Shown here in pieces: positions 12,198-22,674 of a stretch of DNA of 64,000 bases. A model generated the notes under the pieces. It made no database searches, was not told the DNA's origin, and was given only the letters and a program-made list of their open reading frames with translations. Each line of letters starts with the position of its first letter. The stretch's first letter is position 1. Made by a program: the position numbers and the translations under genes. Origin of the DNA: Prochlorococcus sp. AG-402-P18 (lineage in GTDB: Bacteria > Cyanobacteriota > Cyanobacteriia > PCC-6307 > Cyanobiaceae); contig QCJC01000001.1 of NCBI GenBank assembly GCA_003216275.1, forward strand, positions 192,787 through 256,786, read 5' to 3'.

Positions 12198-12268
12198 GAT
12201 TCATTCTTGGCCTTATTTGCCATAACGTGAATAATTAAATTACCTGTTAAAAGTCCTTTTAAGCTCCA

Positions 12269-12781
12269 ATGAACCAAAAAACTTCTTTCATTTCTCAATT
12301 TAAAGCAATTATTTTTGCTGTGATACTTTTAGTCGCTTTGATCTTTCCAGCTCAAAATGTATTCGCCAGGACGCCTGCTGAGATTCGCAATCAAGAAGAA
12401 CTCAATATTTCCCAAGATATGTCTAGCCAGGATTTAAGTGGAAATGATTTCGTGAAATTAGATCTGAAGGGAATAAATTTCAGTGAATCAAATCTTACAG
12501 GAGCTGTTTTTAATAATAGTAAATTGAATGGAGCAGATTTGCATGGTGCTCAACTAAATGACGCCTTGGCATATGCAACCGATTTTGAAGGAGCTGACCT
12601 GAGGGATGTCGACTTTAATGGAGCCTTGTTGATGGAAAGTACTTTCACAGATGCTCTAATTGAAGGAGCTGATTTTACAGATGCTGTGATAAGTCGAATA
12701 CAGCAAAAAGAACTCTGTTCTATGGCTTCTGGAACAAATTCAAAGACCGAAGAGGATACAAGTTATAGTCTTGGTTGTTGA
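12269..12781 (+). CDS. Secreted/lumenal pentapeptide repeat protein
   Basis: Signal-like N-terminus; A(D/N)LxxA repeats; terminal SLGC. Confidence 0.9.
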   Translation: MNQKTSFISQFKAIIFAVILLVALIFPAQNVFARTPAEIRNQEELNISQDMSSQDLSGNDFVKLDLKGINFSESNLTGAVFNNSKLNGADLHGAQLNDALAYATDFEGADLRDVDFNGALLMESTFTDALIEGADFTDAVISRIQQKELCSMASGTNSKTEEDTSYSLGC

Positions 12782-12801
12782 CTTGCTGAGCTAAAATAAA
12801 A

Positions 12802-13854
12802 ATGAGCGATAGTCGTCTACCAGTAACAGTAGTTACAGGATTCTTAGGTTCTGGCAAAACAACACTATTGAGACATCTTTTAAGTGAAGGACATCAACGT
12901 CTAGCTGTAGTTGTTAATGAATTTGGAGAAGTAGGCTTAGATGGAGATCTTCTTAAAAACTGTGGATTTTGCCCTGAGGATGAAGTAGATGAAAGAATAG
13001 TTGAATTGAATAATGGTTGTTTGTGTTGCACTGTTCAAGAGGACTTCCTTCCTGCAATGGAAGCTTTGCTCCTTAGATCAAATCAACTCGATGGAATTAT
13101 TATTGAAACCAGTGGTCTTGCTTTTCCAAAACCTTTACTTCAAGCTCTTAATTGGCCTGCAATAAGAAGTAAGGTTTTCATTAATGGAGTCGTAACTTTA
13201 GTTGATGGAGATGCTCTCTCAAATGGAAGTCCAGTGGGTGACTTGAAAAGTATTAATGAACAAATAAAAAATGATAAGAGTATTGATCATTTAACCTCTA
13301 TATATGAGCTTTTTAGAGATCAATTGATCTCTGCTGATCTTGTTCTCATTAGTAGGTCTGATTTGCTCTCTGCAAAAGATTTTTCATTGGTTAGGGATGA
13401 GGTGAAAGACAAAGGAAACTCCATTACTAATATTTTGCCCATATCTAATGGGAAAATTGAACCTTCATTAATTCTCGGTATTCGTAATGAAGAAAATAAT
13501 TTTTCGCATCTAGATCAAAATGACCATGACCATGACCATGACCATGACCATGACCATGACCATCTCGATGTAATTAGTGAGCATTTAAGATTGGAAACCT
13601 CAATTAACCAAGAAGTTTTAAAAGAGATACTTGTGAGCCTTGTCCCGAAATATCAAATTCTTCGAATAAAAGGCAGATGCTGGATTGAAGGTAAAGATTT
13701 GCCCCTTCAGATCCAAATGGTTGGATCTCGATTTAATTCATGGTTTGAGATTGCGCATGATGCTGCTTGGAAACCATCTAAATCTGGAATTGATTTAGTC
13801 TTTTTGAGCTTGAGCCCCGGAGTTAAAGAAGCTTTTAAGCTTCGTTTTAATTAA
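12802..13854 (+). CDS. cobW: CobW/COG0523 metal chaperone GTPase
   Basis: GFLGSGKTT, NEFG, NGCLCC, ETSGLA, His/Asp-rich insert. Confidence 0.9.
   Translation: MSDSRLPVTVVTGFLGSGKTTLLRHLLSEGHQRLAVVVNEFGEVGLDGDLLKNCGFCPEDEVDERIVELNNGCLCCTVQEDFLPAMEALLLRSNQLDGIIIETSGLAFPKPLLQALNWPAIRSKVFINGVVTLVDGDALSNGSPVGDLKSINEQIKNDKSIDHLTSIYELFRDQLISADLVLISRSDLLSAKDFSLVRDEVKDKGNSITNILPISNGKIEPSLILGIRNEENNFSHLDQNDHDHDHDHDHDHDHLDVISEHLRLETSINQEVLKEILVSLVPKYQILRIKGRCWIEGKDLPLQIQMVGSRFNSWFEIAHDAAWKPSKSGIDLVFLSLSPGVKEAFKLRFN
13522..13563 (+). repeat. (GACCAT)7 perfect tandem repeat encoding (DH)7
   Basis: Directly visible inside cobW. Confidence 0.97.
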
Positions 13855-13990
13855 TTGTTAATCAATTAGCCAATTTCCATATTTATATTAAAAACAGGTT
13901 GTTTTTTTGTTTTTATCCGCGATTCTTTGTGTGTTAGGAGATATCCTCTTACATCCTTCTATTAATAGTTTCTAATCGGACTTTTTTGTC

Positions 13991-14176
13991 GTGAGTCAAA
14001 CAGTTTCTACAACCAAAAAAAATAAAGTTCATACTATTTCCAGTCCTTTTAATCTGAAGACGTGCAATAAATGTGGCGGTAATGGTTATATGAAATCTAG
14101 CCCAAATTGTTATCACACTTGTTTGACATGCCTAGGGAAAGGGCTAGTTAGAGAACAAAGTGAAAATATCAATTAG
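13991..14176 (+). CDS. Small DnaJ-type zinc-finger protein
   Basis: Two CxxCxGxG motifs (CNKCGGNG, CLTCLGKG); GTG start. Confidence 0.7.
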   Translation: MSQTVSTTKKNKVHTISSPFNLKTCNKCGGNGYMKSSPNCYHTCLTCLGKGLVREQSENIN

Positions 14177-14269
14177 AAATTTATCAAATATTATCTAGAA
14201 TAAATTTGTAACCTTATTACTTGGGCTAACCAAGGAAAAGGAAAATAAAAATTCCATTGATTTTTAAAA

Positions 14270-14542
14270 GTGTCTTCATTTAAAGCAAGAGTTTTTGTAC
14301 ATTTAAGACCTTCTGTTTTGGATCCAGCTGGAGAAGCTACTAGGTCAGCGACTAAGAGATTAGGAATAGATGGAGTTACACAGCTAAGAATTGGTAAAGC
14401 TATTGAACTTGAGATCGAAGCGGCAAATAAGGATGATGCTCGATCGAAGATTGAGTTAATGAGTGATCGATTGCTTGCAAACCCTGTAATAGAGGATTGG
14501 ACTTTGGAATTTAAAGATGAACAGAAAGCACTTAAAAATTAA
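14270..14542 (+). CDS. purS: Phosphoribosylformylglycinamidine synthase subunit PurS
   Basis: [18 protein letters not shown]. Confidence 0.95.
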   Translation: MSSFKARVFVHLRPSVLDPAGEATRSATKRLGIDGVTQLRIGKAIELEIEAANKDDARSKIELMSDRLLANPVIEDWTLEFKDEQKALKN

Positions 14543-14546
14543 AAAA

Positions 14547-15200
14547 ATGAATATCGGAATTATTGTTTTCCCTGGATCAAATTGCGACAGAGATGTCAGG
14601 TGGGCTACTGAAGGATGCCTTGGAGTCCCTACAAGTTTTCTTTGGCATGAAACTACTGATTTAGATGGTTACGACGCGATAGTCATTCCTGGAGGATTTA
14701 GTTATGGAGATTATTTGCGTTGTGGAGCTATAGCAAGGTTTGCACCTGTTCTAAATTCTTTAATATCTTTTGTTGATAAAGGTGGAAAAGTTCTTGGGAT
14801 TTGTAATGGGTTTCAAATACTTACTGAACTAGGTCTCTTGCAAGGAGCTTTGACAAAAAATAAGAATCTACATTTTATTTGTGATACAGCAAATTTATCT
14901 ATTGAAAGTACAAAATCGTCTTGGATGAATAACTATAAAAAACATGATTCTATTTCACTACCTATTGCTCATGGAGAGGGGAGATATCAATGCAGTCCAG
15001 ATACTTTGAAAAAATTGCAGGATGATGATTCTGTTGCTCTTAGATACTCAGATAATCCAAATGGATCAATTTATGATATTGCTGGAATTACAAATAAAAA
15101 TGGAAATGTTTTGGGGATGATGCCACATCCTGAAAGAGCTTGTGATGAGGCTTTAGGAAACATTGATGGTAAATTAATTCTTAGTACTCTTCTTTCTTGA
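14547..15200 (+). CDS. purQ: Phosphoribosylformylglycinamidine synthase subunit PurQ
   Basis: [34 protein letters not shown]; start reassigned to ATG 14547. Confidence 0.95.
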   Translation: MNIGIIVFPGSNCDRDVRWATEGCLGVPTSFLWHETTDLDGYDAIVIPGGFSYGDYLRCGAIARFAPVLNSLISFVDKGGKVLGICNGFQILTELGLLQGALTKNKNLHFICDTANLSIESTKSSWMNNYKKHDSISLPIAHGEGRYQCSPDTLKKLQDDDSVALRYSDNPNGSIYDIAGITNKNGNVLGMMPHPERACDEALGNIDGKLILSTLLS

Positions 15201-15219
15201 ATTTATAAATCAAGGCATT

Positions 15220-15259
15220 AAAAAAGCTGCTATCAAAATGAGAGATAGCAGCTTTTTTT
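15220..15259. terminator. Bidirectional intrinsic terminator between convergent purQ and fba
   Basis: AAAAAAGCTGCTATC / GATAGCAGCTTTTTT inverted repeat. Confidence 0.9.
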
Positions 15260-15270
15260 ACTGATTTATT

Positions 15271-16338
15271 TTAGTACTTGTATCCAGCTACAAATAATTG
15301 TTCATCAGAAGAAGGCTGAGAACCAGCAACATACAATCCTTTTGATGCCTCAGAGTTTGCTTGAGCTCTTGCAATAAGAGCTTTTTGTCCATCAGCAGTG
15401 TTGGAGCCTTTCCATGCTTTTAGACATGAATGCTGTAAAGCACGACCATATGAGAATGAAACATTCCACTTAGCTTTTCTGTCGATCTTATTCATCAGAT
15501 TCAAATAAACTGATGCAGCTTCCTCGCTTAAACCACCTGAAAGGAAAGTAATACCAGGAACACTTGCTGGTACACAGCGCTCCATTGTACGGATTGTCAT
15601 CTCGGCGACTTGCTGAGGATCAGCTTTTGTTGAGCTATCAGCTCCTTGTACGGTCATGGATGGCTTTAGAAGAGTTCCTTCTAGAAGAACTCCATTTACC
15701 TGACAAGCTAGATAAACTTCTTTAATTACTTCCTCTTGAACTGCTGCGGTCTTTTCAATTGAATGTGAACCGTCCATAAGGATTTCTGGCTCAATAATTG
15801 GAACCAATCCTGATTCTTGAACTGATCTTGCATATCTAGCTAAACCCCAAGCATTTTCCCTAATGGAAAGTTTTGAAGGACAACCATCATCTGTTATTTG
15901 AAGAACTGCTCTCCACTTAGCAAATCTTGCACCTTGCTCATAGTAATCAGCAGCTCTCTCAACTAGGCCATCTAAACCTGAACAAAAAGTCTCTACATCA
16001 TGCCCACCAGCTAAAGGTCTTAGACCTTTGTCAACTTTAATGCCTGGAATAATGCCTAGCTTCTCGAGCTTTTTAACCATTGGCTCACCATCAGGATGGT
16101 TCTGGAAAAGAGTTTCTTCAAAAAGAATCGCTCCGCTAATGAAGTTTCCAAGACCTTCTGTGGTGAAAAGCATACCTCTATAAGCTTTTCTGTTGTCCTC
16201 AGTGTTCTCAACACCAATAGAAGCAAGCCTTTTACCTACTGTTTTTGTTGATTCGTCAACAGCAAGAATCCCTTTCCCTGGCTGGGCTATGGCACTTGCT
16301 GTTTTCTTTAGTTCTTCTGCGTAGTACGAGAGTGCCAT
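15271..16338 (-). CDS. Class I fructose-bisphosphate aldolase (eukaryote/plastid-like)
   Basis: GILAVDES, GIKVDKG, RFAKWR, PIIEPE, Schiff-base TLLKPSM, FLSGG, FSYGRALQ. Confidence 0.95.
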   Translation of the reverse strand: MALSYYAEELKKTASAIAQPGKGILAVDESTKTVGKRLASIGVENTEDNRKAYRGMLFTTEGLGNFISGAILFEETLFQNHPDGEPMVKKLEKLGIIPGIKVDKGLRPLAGGHDVETFCSGLDGLVERAADYYEQGARFAKWRAVLQITDDGCPSKLSIRENAWGLARYARSVQESGLVPIIEPEILMDGSHSIEKTAAVQEEVIKEVYLACQVNGVLLEGTLLKPSMTVQGADSSTKADPQQVAEMTIRTMERCVPASVPGITFLSGGLSEEAASVYLNLMNKIDRKAKWNVSFSYGRALQHSCLKAWKGSNTADGQKALIARAQANSEASKGLYVAGSQPSSDEQLFVAGYKY

Positions 16339-16478
16339 TTATGCAACAAAAATTTCCTTAAGATTATTCCATATCAAAGGCCCCTTTTGTGGCTTATTAC
16401 ACCTAAAAAAGTTTTTTTTTATTTTTTGAAGTTTTTAATCTGAAAAGTCTTTATTCAATTACAGGCTATTGAATTTAT

Positions 16479-17615
16479 TCAGTTGATTTCAAGCTTCAGA
16501 CCTGTTGAATTTGATTCTTTTACTTTGTCGCAAACCTTTTGGCTGGCTAATCCTTCCACTAAGCCTGGAATGATAGGAGTACCGTCTTTTATGCTCTTAG
16601 CCCAGAGACTTTGGATTCTTGCTACTGGTGCTATTCGCCCATCCGTCCATATTTTTGAGAAAGACAGATCCGAATCTGGTTGAATATTTTTAAGTACTTC
16701 TCCTTTCTCTGAGAACCACAGCCCGAATCCGTGGACATAATCCTTTTGGTTTTCGCTACTAAGAATAAGTGTTCCATTACTTCCATAGATTTCCAGGCTA
16801 AATCCTTTGCTTTGTTTCGTGACCGCAGAAAGATTTATTTGGACTGGAATTAAATTGTTATTAATGCTTTTTACCTGTAATTGAGAAATACTTACATCTT
16901 CGCTTGTGACTTCTTTATTTGTTTTTAATTTTGGACAAACTCTTTTTTTTATCGATGTTGAATTTATTGAGCTTAATGAATGAGTGGGGCCTATTAGCCA
17001 ATGAATTATGTCAAAAGCGTGAGTCCCCAATGCACCCAGAACACCTCCACCAGAATTTTTATCTGAATACCAATTCCATGGTCTATCTGGATTGGCTCTA
17101 CTACTCATTAGCCAGTCAAGTTTTACAAAATAGGGTTCGTATAGGTTCTTTTCACTAATTATTCGTTTTGCTTGCATGAAAAGAGGAACAGCTCGATATT
17201 CATAATTAACCGCTATTTTTAAATTTCTTTTGAGAGCATTTCTTTGAAGATCGATTACTTCAAAAGAATTTAAGCAAGTTGGTTTTTCTAGTAAAAGATG
17301 TTTTCCTGCTTTGATAGCCTTCAATGCTAGTTCATATCTGGGTGCCGGAGGAGTAGCTATGATTATCCCTTCTATTTTGGGATCATTTATCAAATCCTCC
17401 CAGCTTTTATAGGCACTAATATTGTGCTTTACGCAAGCTTCTTTGAGTCTCTCTGCTCTAGGATGCCACAATCCTATAAGCTCAATATTTTCATTAAATA
17501 CTGATGCAGGGATGTGAACACTTTCCCCGAAACCTAAACCTGCAATGGCAATTCGAATTGGCTCATTTTTATAAGGCATGTTTATTGAAGTTACTAATTT
17601 TGAGCGTTTTTGCAA
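16479..17615 (-). CDS. Gfo/Idh/MocA family oxidoreductase
   Basis: GLGFG, HLLLEKP, GGGVLGALGTHAFD; true start may be the internal M (MPYKNE). Confidence 0.88.
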   Translation of the reverse strand: MQKRSKLVTSINMPYKNEPIRIAIAGLGFGESVHIPASVFNENIELIGLWHPRAERLKEACVKHNISAYKSWEDLINDPKIEGIIIATPPAPRYELALKAIKAGKHLLLEKPTCLNSFEVIDLQRNALKRNLKIAVNYEYRAVPLFMQAKRIISEKNLYEPYFVKLDWLMSSRANPDRPWNWYSDKNSGGGVLGALGTHAFDIIHWLIGPTHSLSSINSTSIKKRVCPKLKTNKEVTSEDVSISQLQVKSINNNLIPVQINLSAVTKQSKGFSLEIYGSNGTLILSSENQKDYVHGFGLWFSEKGEVLKNIQPDSDLSFSKIWTDGRIAPVARIQSLWAKSIKDGTPIIPGLVEGLASQKVCDKVKESNSTGLKLEIN

Positions 17616-18004
17616 CTATCTGAAATAACATCATTTATCAGTTTATCTTCATTTGGGTCTTCCCATTTAGAGATTAAAATTCTTTCCCCATTAACTGAAA
17701 TATCTTTATACTTATTAGTTATGCAATTGATCCTCATTACGTAAATATTTTCCTCGATATCTTTTGAATTACTAGTGTCTATTTTTAAATATTTTGTTGT
17801 GATTTCTATTTTTCCAACATCTTTATTAATTAAACTATCACTATCTAAGTATTGAATCCCAGATGATGTCCTACTAATTTCAATCCAACTATTATTGGAT
17901 CCATATGCAGCATTAATCTTATTATCAAATATTATTAAAACCAATAACATTAAGTTAACAAAAGAAATTGCTATCTTTATATTCTTTGGCTTTATTTTAA
18001 GCAT
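17594..18004 (-). CDS. Hypothetical exported protein
   Basis: Signal peptide-like N-terminus; W-x-E...YLD...INC...C pattern. Confidence 0.55.
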   Translation of the reverse strand: MLKIKPKNIKIAISFVNLMLLVLIIFDNKINAAYGSNNSWIEISRTSSGIQYLDSDSLINKDVGKIEITTKYLKIDTSNSKDIEENIYVMRINCITNKYKDISVNGERILISKWEDPNEDKLINDVISDSCKNAQN

Positions 18005-18881
18005 TCGCTTGAAGCTTCATTTCTTGTGTCTTATGTAATCGAAGTATCTTTGCCAAAGTTGTTTTAAGTTCCGTTCTTGGTATAATTGTGTCAACAAAAC
18101 CGTGCTCTTGAAGATATTCTGCTGTTTGGAAATTGTCAGGTAGTTTCTCTCTTAATGTTTGTTCTATTACTCTTCTTCCTGCAAAACCAATTAGAGCTTT
18201 TGGTTCTGCAAGTATCAGATCACCAAGCATTGCAAAACTTGCAGTAACTCCTCCAGTTGTGGGATGAGTAAGTAGTGGCATATAAAGCAATTGAGCATCT
18301 CGATGTCTCTCTAGAGCTCCGGATATCTTTGCCATTTGCATGAGACTTAACATCCCTTCTTGCATTCGAGCACCTCCTGATGCACAAACAATTAGCAATG
18401 GTAATTTCTCTTTTGTTGAGTATTCGATTAGTCGTGTAATCTTTTCTCCCACTACTGATCCCATTGAACCACCCATGAATCTAAAATCCATTACGGCAAG
18501 TGCCATTGGAATTGAATCAACTTCACATGTGCCTGTTAATACTCCATCTTTAAGTCCTGTACTTGCTTGGCTTTCTCTCAGTCTGTCTGCATAAGCTCTT
18601 CTGTCTTTAAAACCAAGAGGGTCAACGGGACTTAGATGATTGTTAATTGATTTAAACGTATTTGGATCAGTGATTAGTCTTATTCTCTCTTTACTATCTA
18701 TTCGATTGTGGTGTCCGCAATTACTACAGACACTGCAATTATCTATTAAATCTTTTCTATAAACTACTTGTCCACATTCAGCACATTTTTCCCATAGTCC
18801 ATCACTTTCTTCTGATTCTTGGGTGACTTTGCCAACAAATTGGCCTTTCCTTCTGTCAGCAAACCAGTCGAATAAAGACAC
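17997..18881 (-). CDS. accD: Acetyl-CoA carboxylase carboxyltransferase beta subunit
   Basis: Zn finger CAEC...[36 protein letters not shown]. Confidence 0.97.
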   Translation of the reverse strand: MSLFDWFADRRKGQFVGKVTQESEESDGLWEKCAECGQVVYRKDLIDNCSVCSNCGHHNRIDSKERIRLITDPNTFKSINNHLSPVDPLGFKDRRAYADRLRESQASTGLKDGVLTGTCEVDSIPMALAVMDFRFMGGSMGSVVGEKITRLIEYSTKEKLPLLIVCASGGARMQEGMLSLMQMAKISGALERHRDAQLLYMPLLTHPTTGGVTASFAMLGDLILAEPKALIGFAGRRVIEQTLREKLPDNFQTAEYLQEHGFVDTIIPRTELKTTLAKILRLHKTQEMKLQANA

Positions 18882-18941
18882 AGCTATGTAGTGATTGATA
18901 ATAATTTAATACCTTGTATGCCTTTAAAGTGATTTAAGGGT

Positions 18942-19421
18942 TTAAATCTTATCTAAAATCCACGAACAAAATATTCCAATTGATAGAAATGGTGCAAATG
19001 GATACTGTTGATATGGCCTAAATCTTTTGGTAATTTTTCCATGCAAACTATATATAGCAGATAATAAGAATGAAATACATAATGAGAAAAAACTCAATTC
19101 AATCCCTAACCATATTGTACTTATAGAAGAAAGTTTTATATCACCTATGCCTAGTGAATTTATTCCAAATATTTGATAACCCACATAACTTATTGAATAC
19201 ATTATAAGAAAGATAATAAACATTGAAAATGAGTTTTCTAAAATCAGAGATATACTATTTATTTTCTCACTTGATAAACCTAAATATGATAAGTAGGAAA
19301 AACCAGCCAAAGCAAATATTATTAATTTATTTTCACTTATCAGCATAGTTTTTATATCTTCTACTGATATAGAAAACAAAATAAATAAAAGTATTAAAGT
19401 AAAAGAGATAAAAACCAACAT
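18942..19421 (-). CDS. Prepilin peptidase A24 family (peptidase domain only)
   Basis: Two catalytic Asp (EDIK, GIGDIKL), PFAPFL; multi-TM. Confidence 0.75.
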   Translation of the reverse strand: MLVFISFTLILLFILFSISVEDIKTMLISENKLIIFALAGFSYLSYLGLSSEKINSISLILENSFSMFIIFLIMYSISYVGYQIFGINSLGIGDIKLSSISTIWLGIELSFFSLCISFLLSAIYSLHGKITKRFRPYQQYPFAPFLSIGIFCSWILDKI

Positions 19422-19480
19422 TATTTTCTAGTTTCTTTTTTTATATTGTTAATAAATAGACTAAATATATTTATTAATTA

Positions 19481-20383
19481 TTAGACTGCTGCTTTCTTTT
19501 CTTCTATCATTTTATGAATAATGGGCGTAAGGATTAGTTCCATCGCAAACCCCATTTTGCCTCCATTAACAACAATGCTTGTGGGGCTTGACATGAATGA
19601 ATCGTGAATCATTCCTAATAAATACTGGAAATCAATACCCCATTTTTCCCTTGAACCCTTTCTAAAATGAATAATCACAAAACTTTCATCTGGTGTTGGA
19701 ATATTTCTGCAAATAAATGGGTTTGATGTATCAATAGTGGGTACTCTCTGGAAATTAATATCTGTCCGGCTGAATTGAGGACATATGTGATTAATGTAAT
19801 CAGGCATTCTTCTTAGAATTGTATCTACTATCGTTTCTGCTGAATAGCCTCTTTCTGCGTTATCTCGATGTATTTTTTGTATCCATTCGAGATTAGTTAT
19901 TGGTACTACACCAACTAGTAAATCAGCGAATGTAGCTACATCATAATCCTTACCCACTACTCCACCGTGCAGCCCCTCGTAAAACAGAAGGTCTGTTCCT
20001 TTTGGAATATCTTCCCAGGGAGTAAATTGACCTGGATCTAATTTTGTTCCTAGCCTTGTATTGTGTTCCTCTGCTTCTTCAGGGCTATGCAAATAATATC
20101 TTTTCTGACCTCCACCTGTTTTCCCATATTGACTAAATAAATCTTCTAATTTATCGAATAAATTTGCTTCAGGTCCAAAATGCGAAAAGTTTTCACCTCT
20201 TGAGAGTGCTTCAGACATTGCCTTCTTCATAGGCATTCTCTCAAAGCGGTGATAACTATCACCTTCAACAACCGCAGGAACGATATTCTCACGAGCGAAT
20301 ATATGCTCGAATGCTCTTTTAACTGTGCTTGTTCCTGCTCCGGATGAACCTGTTACAGCTACTACTGGGTGAAGCTTTGACAT
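19481..20383 (-). CDS. prk: Phosphoribulokinase (proteobacterial/alpha-cyanobacterial type)
   Basis: VTGSSGAGTS, EGDSYHR, YEGLHG, NLEWIQKIHRD, DINFQRVP. Confidence 0.95.
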   Translation of the reverse strand: MSKLHPVVAVTGSSGAGTSTVKRAFEHIFARENIVPAVVEGDSYHRFERMPMKKAMSEALSRGENFSHFGPEANLFDKLEDLFSQYGKTGGGQKRYYLHSPEEAEEHNTRLGTKLDPGQFTPWEDIPKGTDLLFYEGLHGGVVGKDYDVATFADLLVGVVPITNLEWIQKIHRDNAERGYSAETIVDTILRRMPDYINHICPQFSRTDINFQRVPTIDTSNPFICRNIPTPDESFVIIHFRKGSREKWGIDFQYLLGMIHDSFMSSPTSIVVNGGKMGFAMELILTPIIHKMIEEKKAAV

Positions 20384-20471
20384 CGACGCTAATGTATTGA
20401 CTATTTATTTTTACAGGTCGACTGACCATCAAAGGGAAACTATTCAAAGAGTTTTTAAATTTGTGAATTAA

Positions 20472-21551
20472 TTATTTTAATTTTCCTAATAAAAGTTCAC
20501 CCATTTGAGAGCAACCAACCTCTTTACCTTCCCCACTGCTCATTAAGTCAGAAGTTCTATAGCCTTCAGTCAAGATTTCGTGAATTACGTTCTCCAAATG
20601 GTTTCCAGCATATGTTTCATTGAAAGCAATTTTTAACATCATTGCAGCAGATAAAAGCATAGCTATTGGGTTAGCTATATCTTTTCCTGCTATGTCAGGA
20701 GCAGAACCATGTACAGGTTCAAAGACACCTGGCCCGTCATTTGTTAATGATGCAGAGGGAAGCATTCCTATTGAGCCTGTAAGCATTGCTGCAATGTCGC
20801 TAAGAATATCTCCAAACAAATTACTTGTAAGAATCACATCAAACTGACTTGGGTTTCTAACAAGTTGCATTGCGGCATTGTCTACATATTGATGAGTTAA
20901 ATCTATTTCTTTAAAATTTTTTGCAACCAATATTGTTTCTTCTCTCCACAATTGACTTACATCTAGAACATTTGCTTTATCCACTGAGCAAACTTTTTGA
21001 TTTCTTTGTTTTGCCAATTTAAAAGCAATCTCTGCTATTCGTTTAACTTCTTCGGAAGTGTATGCCATTGTATTGAATGCTCTCTCGCCACTTTCTGTCT
21101 TTAGCCTTCCTTTTGGCTCTCCAAAGTAAATACCGCTAGTAAGTTCTCTAACTACAACTAAATCAACTTCGTTGACAAATTCTTCTTTCAGACTGCTTGC
21201 TTTAGTTAGTGATGGAATTATTTTTACAGGTCTAATATTTGCAAAAAGATCTAAAGATGACCTTAGGTTAAGTAAACCTGTCTCAGGCCTTTTTTCTCTA
21301 GGTAATTGGTCGTACTTGGGGTCGCCTATGGCGGCTAATAAAACTGCATCAGAGTTTTTGCATTCTTGAAGAGTTTTATCAGGAAATGGTATACCATCTG
21401 ACTCTATAGCTGCTCCTCCAAAAGGCATTTTTTTTAATTTGAGTTGAAAATCAAATTTCTTTGAGAGGAGTTCAAGGACTTCCTGTGTGACGTTTGTTAT
21501 CTCAGGTCCAATTCCATCGCCTGGCAATAATGTTATTTTGTAAGACTTCAT
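20472..21551 (-). CDS. leuB: 3-isopropylmalate dehydrogenase
   Basis: GDGIGPE, VRELTSGIYFG, NLFGDILSD, EPVHGSAPDIAG. Confidence 0.97.
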   Translation of the reverse strand: MKSYKITLLPGDGIGPEITNVTQEVLELLSKKFDFQLKLKKMPFGGAAIESDGIPFPDKTLQECKNSDAVLLAAIGDPKYDQLPREKRPETGLLNLRSSLDLFANIRPVKIIPSLTKASSLKEEFVNEVDLVVVRELTSGIYFGEPKGRLKTESGERAFNTMAYTSEEVKRIAEIAFKLAKQRNQKVCSVDKANVLDVSQLWREETILVAKNFKEIDLTHQYVDNAAMQLVRNPSQFDVILTSNLFGDILSDIAAMLTGSIGMLPSASLTNDGPGVFEPVHGSAPDIAGKDIANPIAMLLSAAMMLKIAFNETYAGNHLENVIHEILTEGYRTSDLMSSGEGKEVGCSQMGELLLGKLK

Positions 21552-21576
21552 TTGTTCTTCTAAATCAAGGGTGAAA

Positions 21577-22629
21577 TTACCTGGAGTTTTTGCGATCTAA
21601 TTCACGAATAGCTTTTGCGATCTCAGGTAGCTTTTTAAAATTAGCAGAGCACCTTAACCAAACTTTATTTGGAATGGCAGGAAAACCGCTGACAACCTTT
21701 CCTGCATCAACATTTGATATTATTCCTGATTTTGAGCTAGCTACAACTCCATCTCCAACTTTTACCTTATTGCTAATGCCTACTTGTCCAGCAAGAATAA
21801 CTGAATTTCCAATATCAACTCCTCCAGCTATGCCTACTTGCGCAGCCATAGCACAGCCTTTACCAGTCGTTACTCCATGTCCAATTTGCACTAGGTTATC
21901 AATCTTTGTATCTTCACCAATTATTGTCTCTCCTACTGAAGGCCTATCAATTGTTGTTCCGCTACCAATCTCAACTTTGTTTTTTAAAACAACTTGTCCC
22001 ACTTGGGGCATTTTTTTCCATCCGTTTGAGGTGGGTACGAATCCAAAACCTTCACCACCAATAACTGCATTTGCATTAATTACGCATTCGTCTCCAAGTC
22101 TTGATCCAGAATGGATAACACTATTTGCATGAATAATATTTCTCGCACCAATATTTACTTTTCTATAGACCACAACTCCAGGATGAATAATAGTCTCAGC
22201 TCCAATTTCGGTATTATCTCCAATATAAACATTTGCTCCAATTGAAACTCCAGGAGCTATTTTTACATTCTCACCGATGACAGCCGTCTTGTGTATACCT
22301 TCTTTCTCTATCTCAGAAGGATAAAGAAGCTCTAGTGTCTCTGCAAATGCAATCTTTGGATCTTTTAGTATTATCCAATTGCATGATAATTTTTGAATTG
22401 CTTCAAGAATATTATTTTCATTCGATGGCAATAATAAAACAGAAGCCTTTGTCGTTTGGATTAGTTTCCTGAGGTTTAGTGGACTATTTTTATCAAGATA
22501 AGTAATTTGATTATTTTGAGCTTTTTCTAAAGAAGCCGCAGACAAAATAATTAAATCATTTTTGATTTTAAAGTCAACCAGACCACTTTGACCTTGTTTA
22601 AGCTTTTCGACAAGTTCACTAATTAGCAT
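21577..22629 (-). CDS. lpxD: UDP-3-O-acylglucosamine N-acyltransferase
   Basis: Hexapeptide repeats, [15 protein letters not shown]. Confidence 0.95.
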   Translation of the reverse strand: MLISELVEKLKQGQSGLVDFKIKNDLIILSAASLEKAQNNQITYLDKNSPLNLRKLIQTTKASVLLLPSNENNILEAIQKLSCNWIILKDPKIAFAETLELLYPSEIEKEGIHKTAVIGENVKIAPGVSIGANVYIGDNTEIGAETIIHPGVVVYRKVNIGARNIIHANSVIHSGSRLGDECVINANAVIGGEGFGFVPTSNGWKKMPQVGQVVLKNKVEIGSGTTIDRPSVGETIIGEDTKIDNLVQIGHGVTTGKGCAMAAQVGIAGGVDIGNSVILAGQVGISNKVKVGDGVVASSKSGIISNVDAGKVVSGFPAIPNKVWLRCSANFKKLPEIAKAIRELDRKNSR

Positions 22630-22674
22630 GATTTAGCTTTGATTGAGAGAGTGCAAATTACTATTCTTTTTAAT

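Noticed and set aside
14208-14220. NtcA site upstream of purS (GTA-ACCTTAT-TAC)
   Set aside because: Spacer is 7 nt, not the canonical 8
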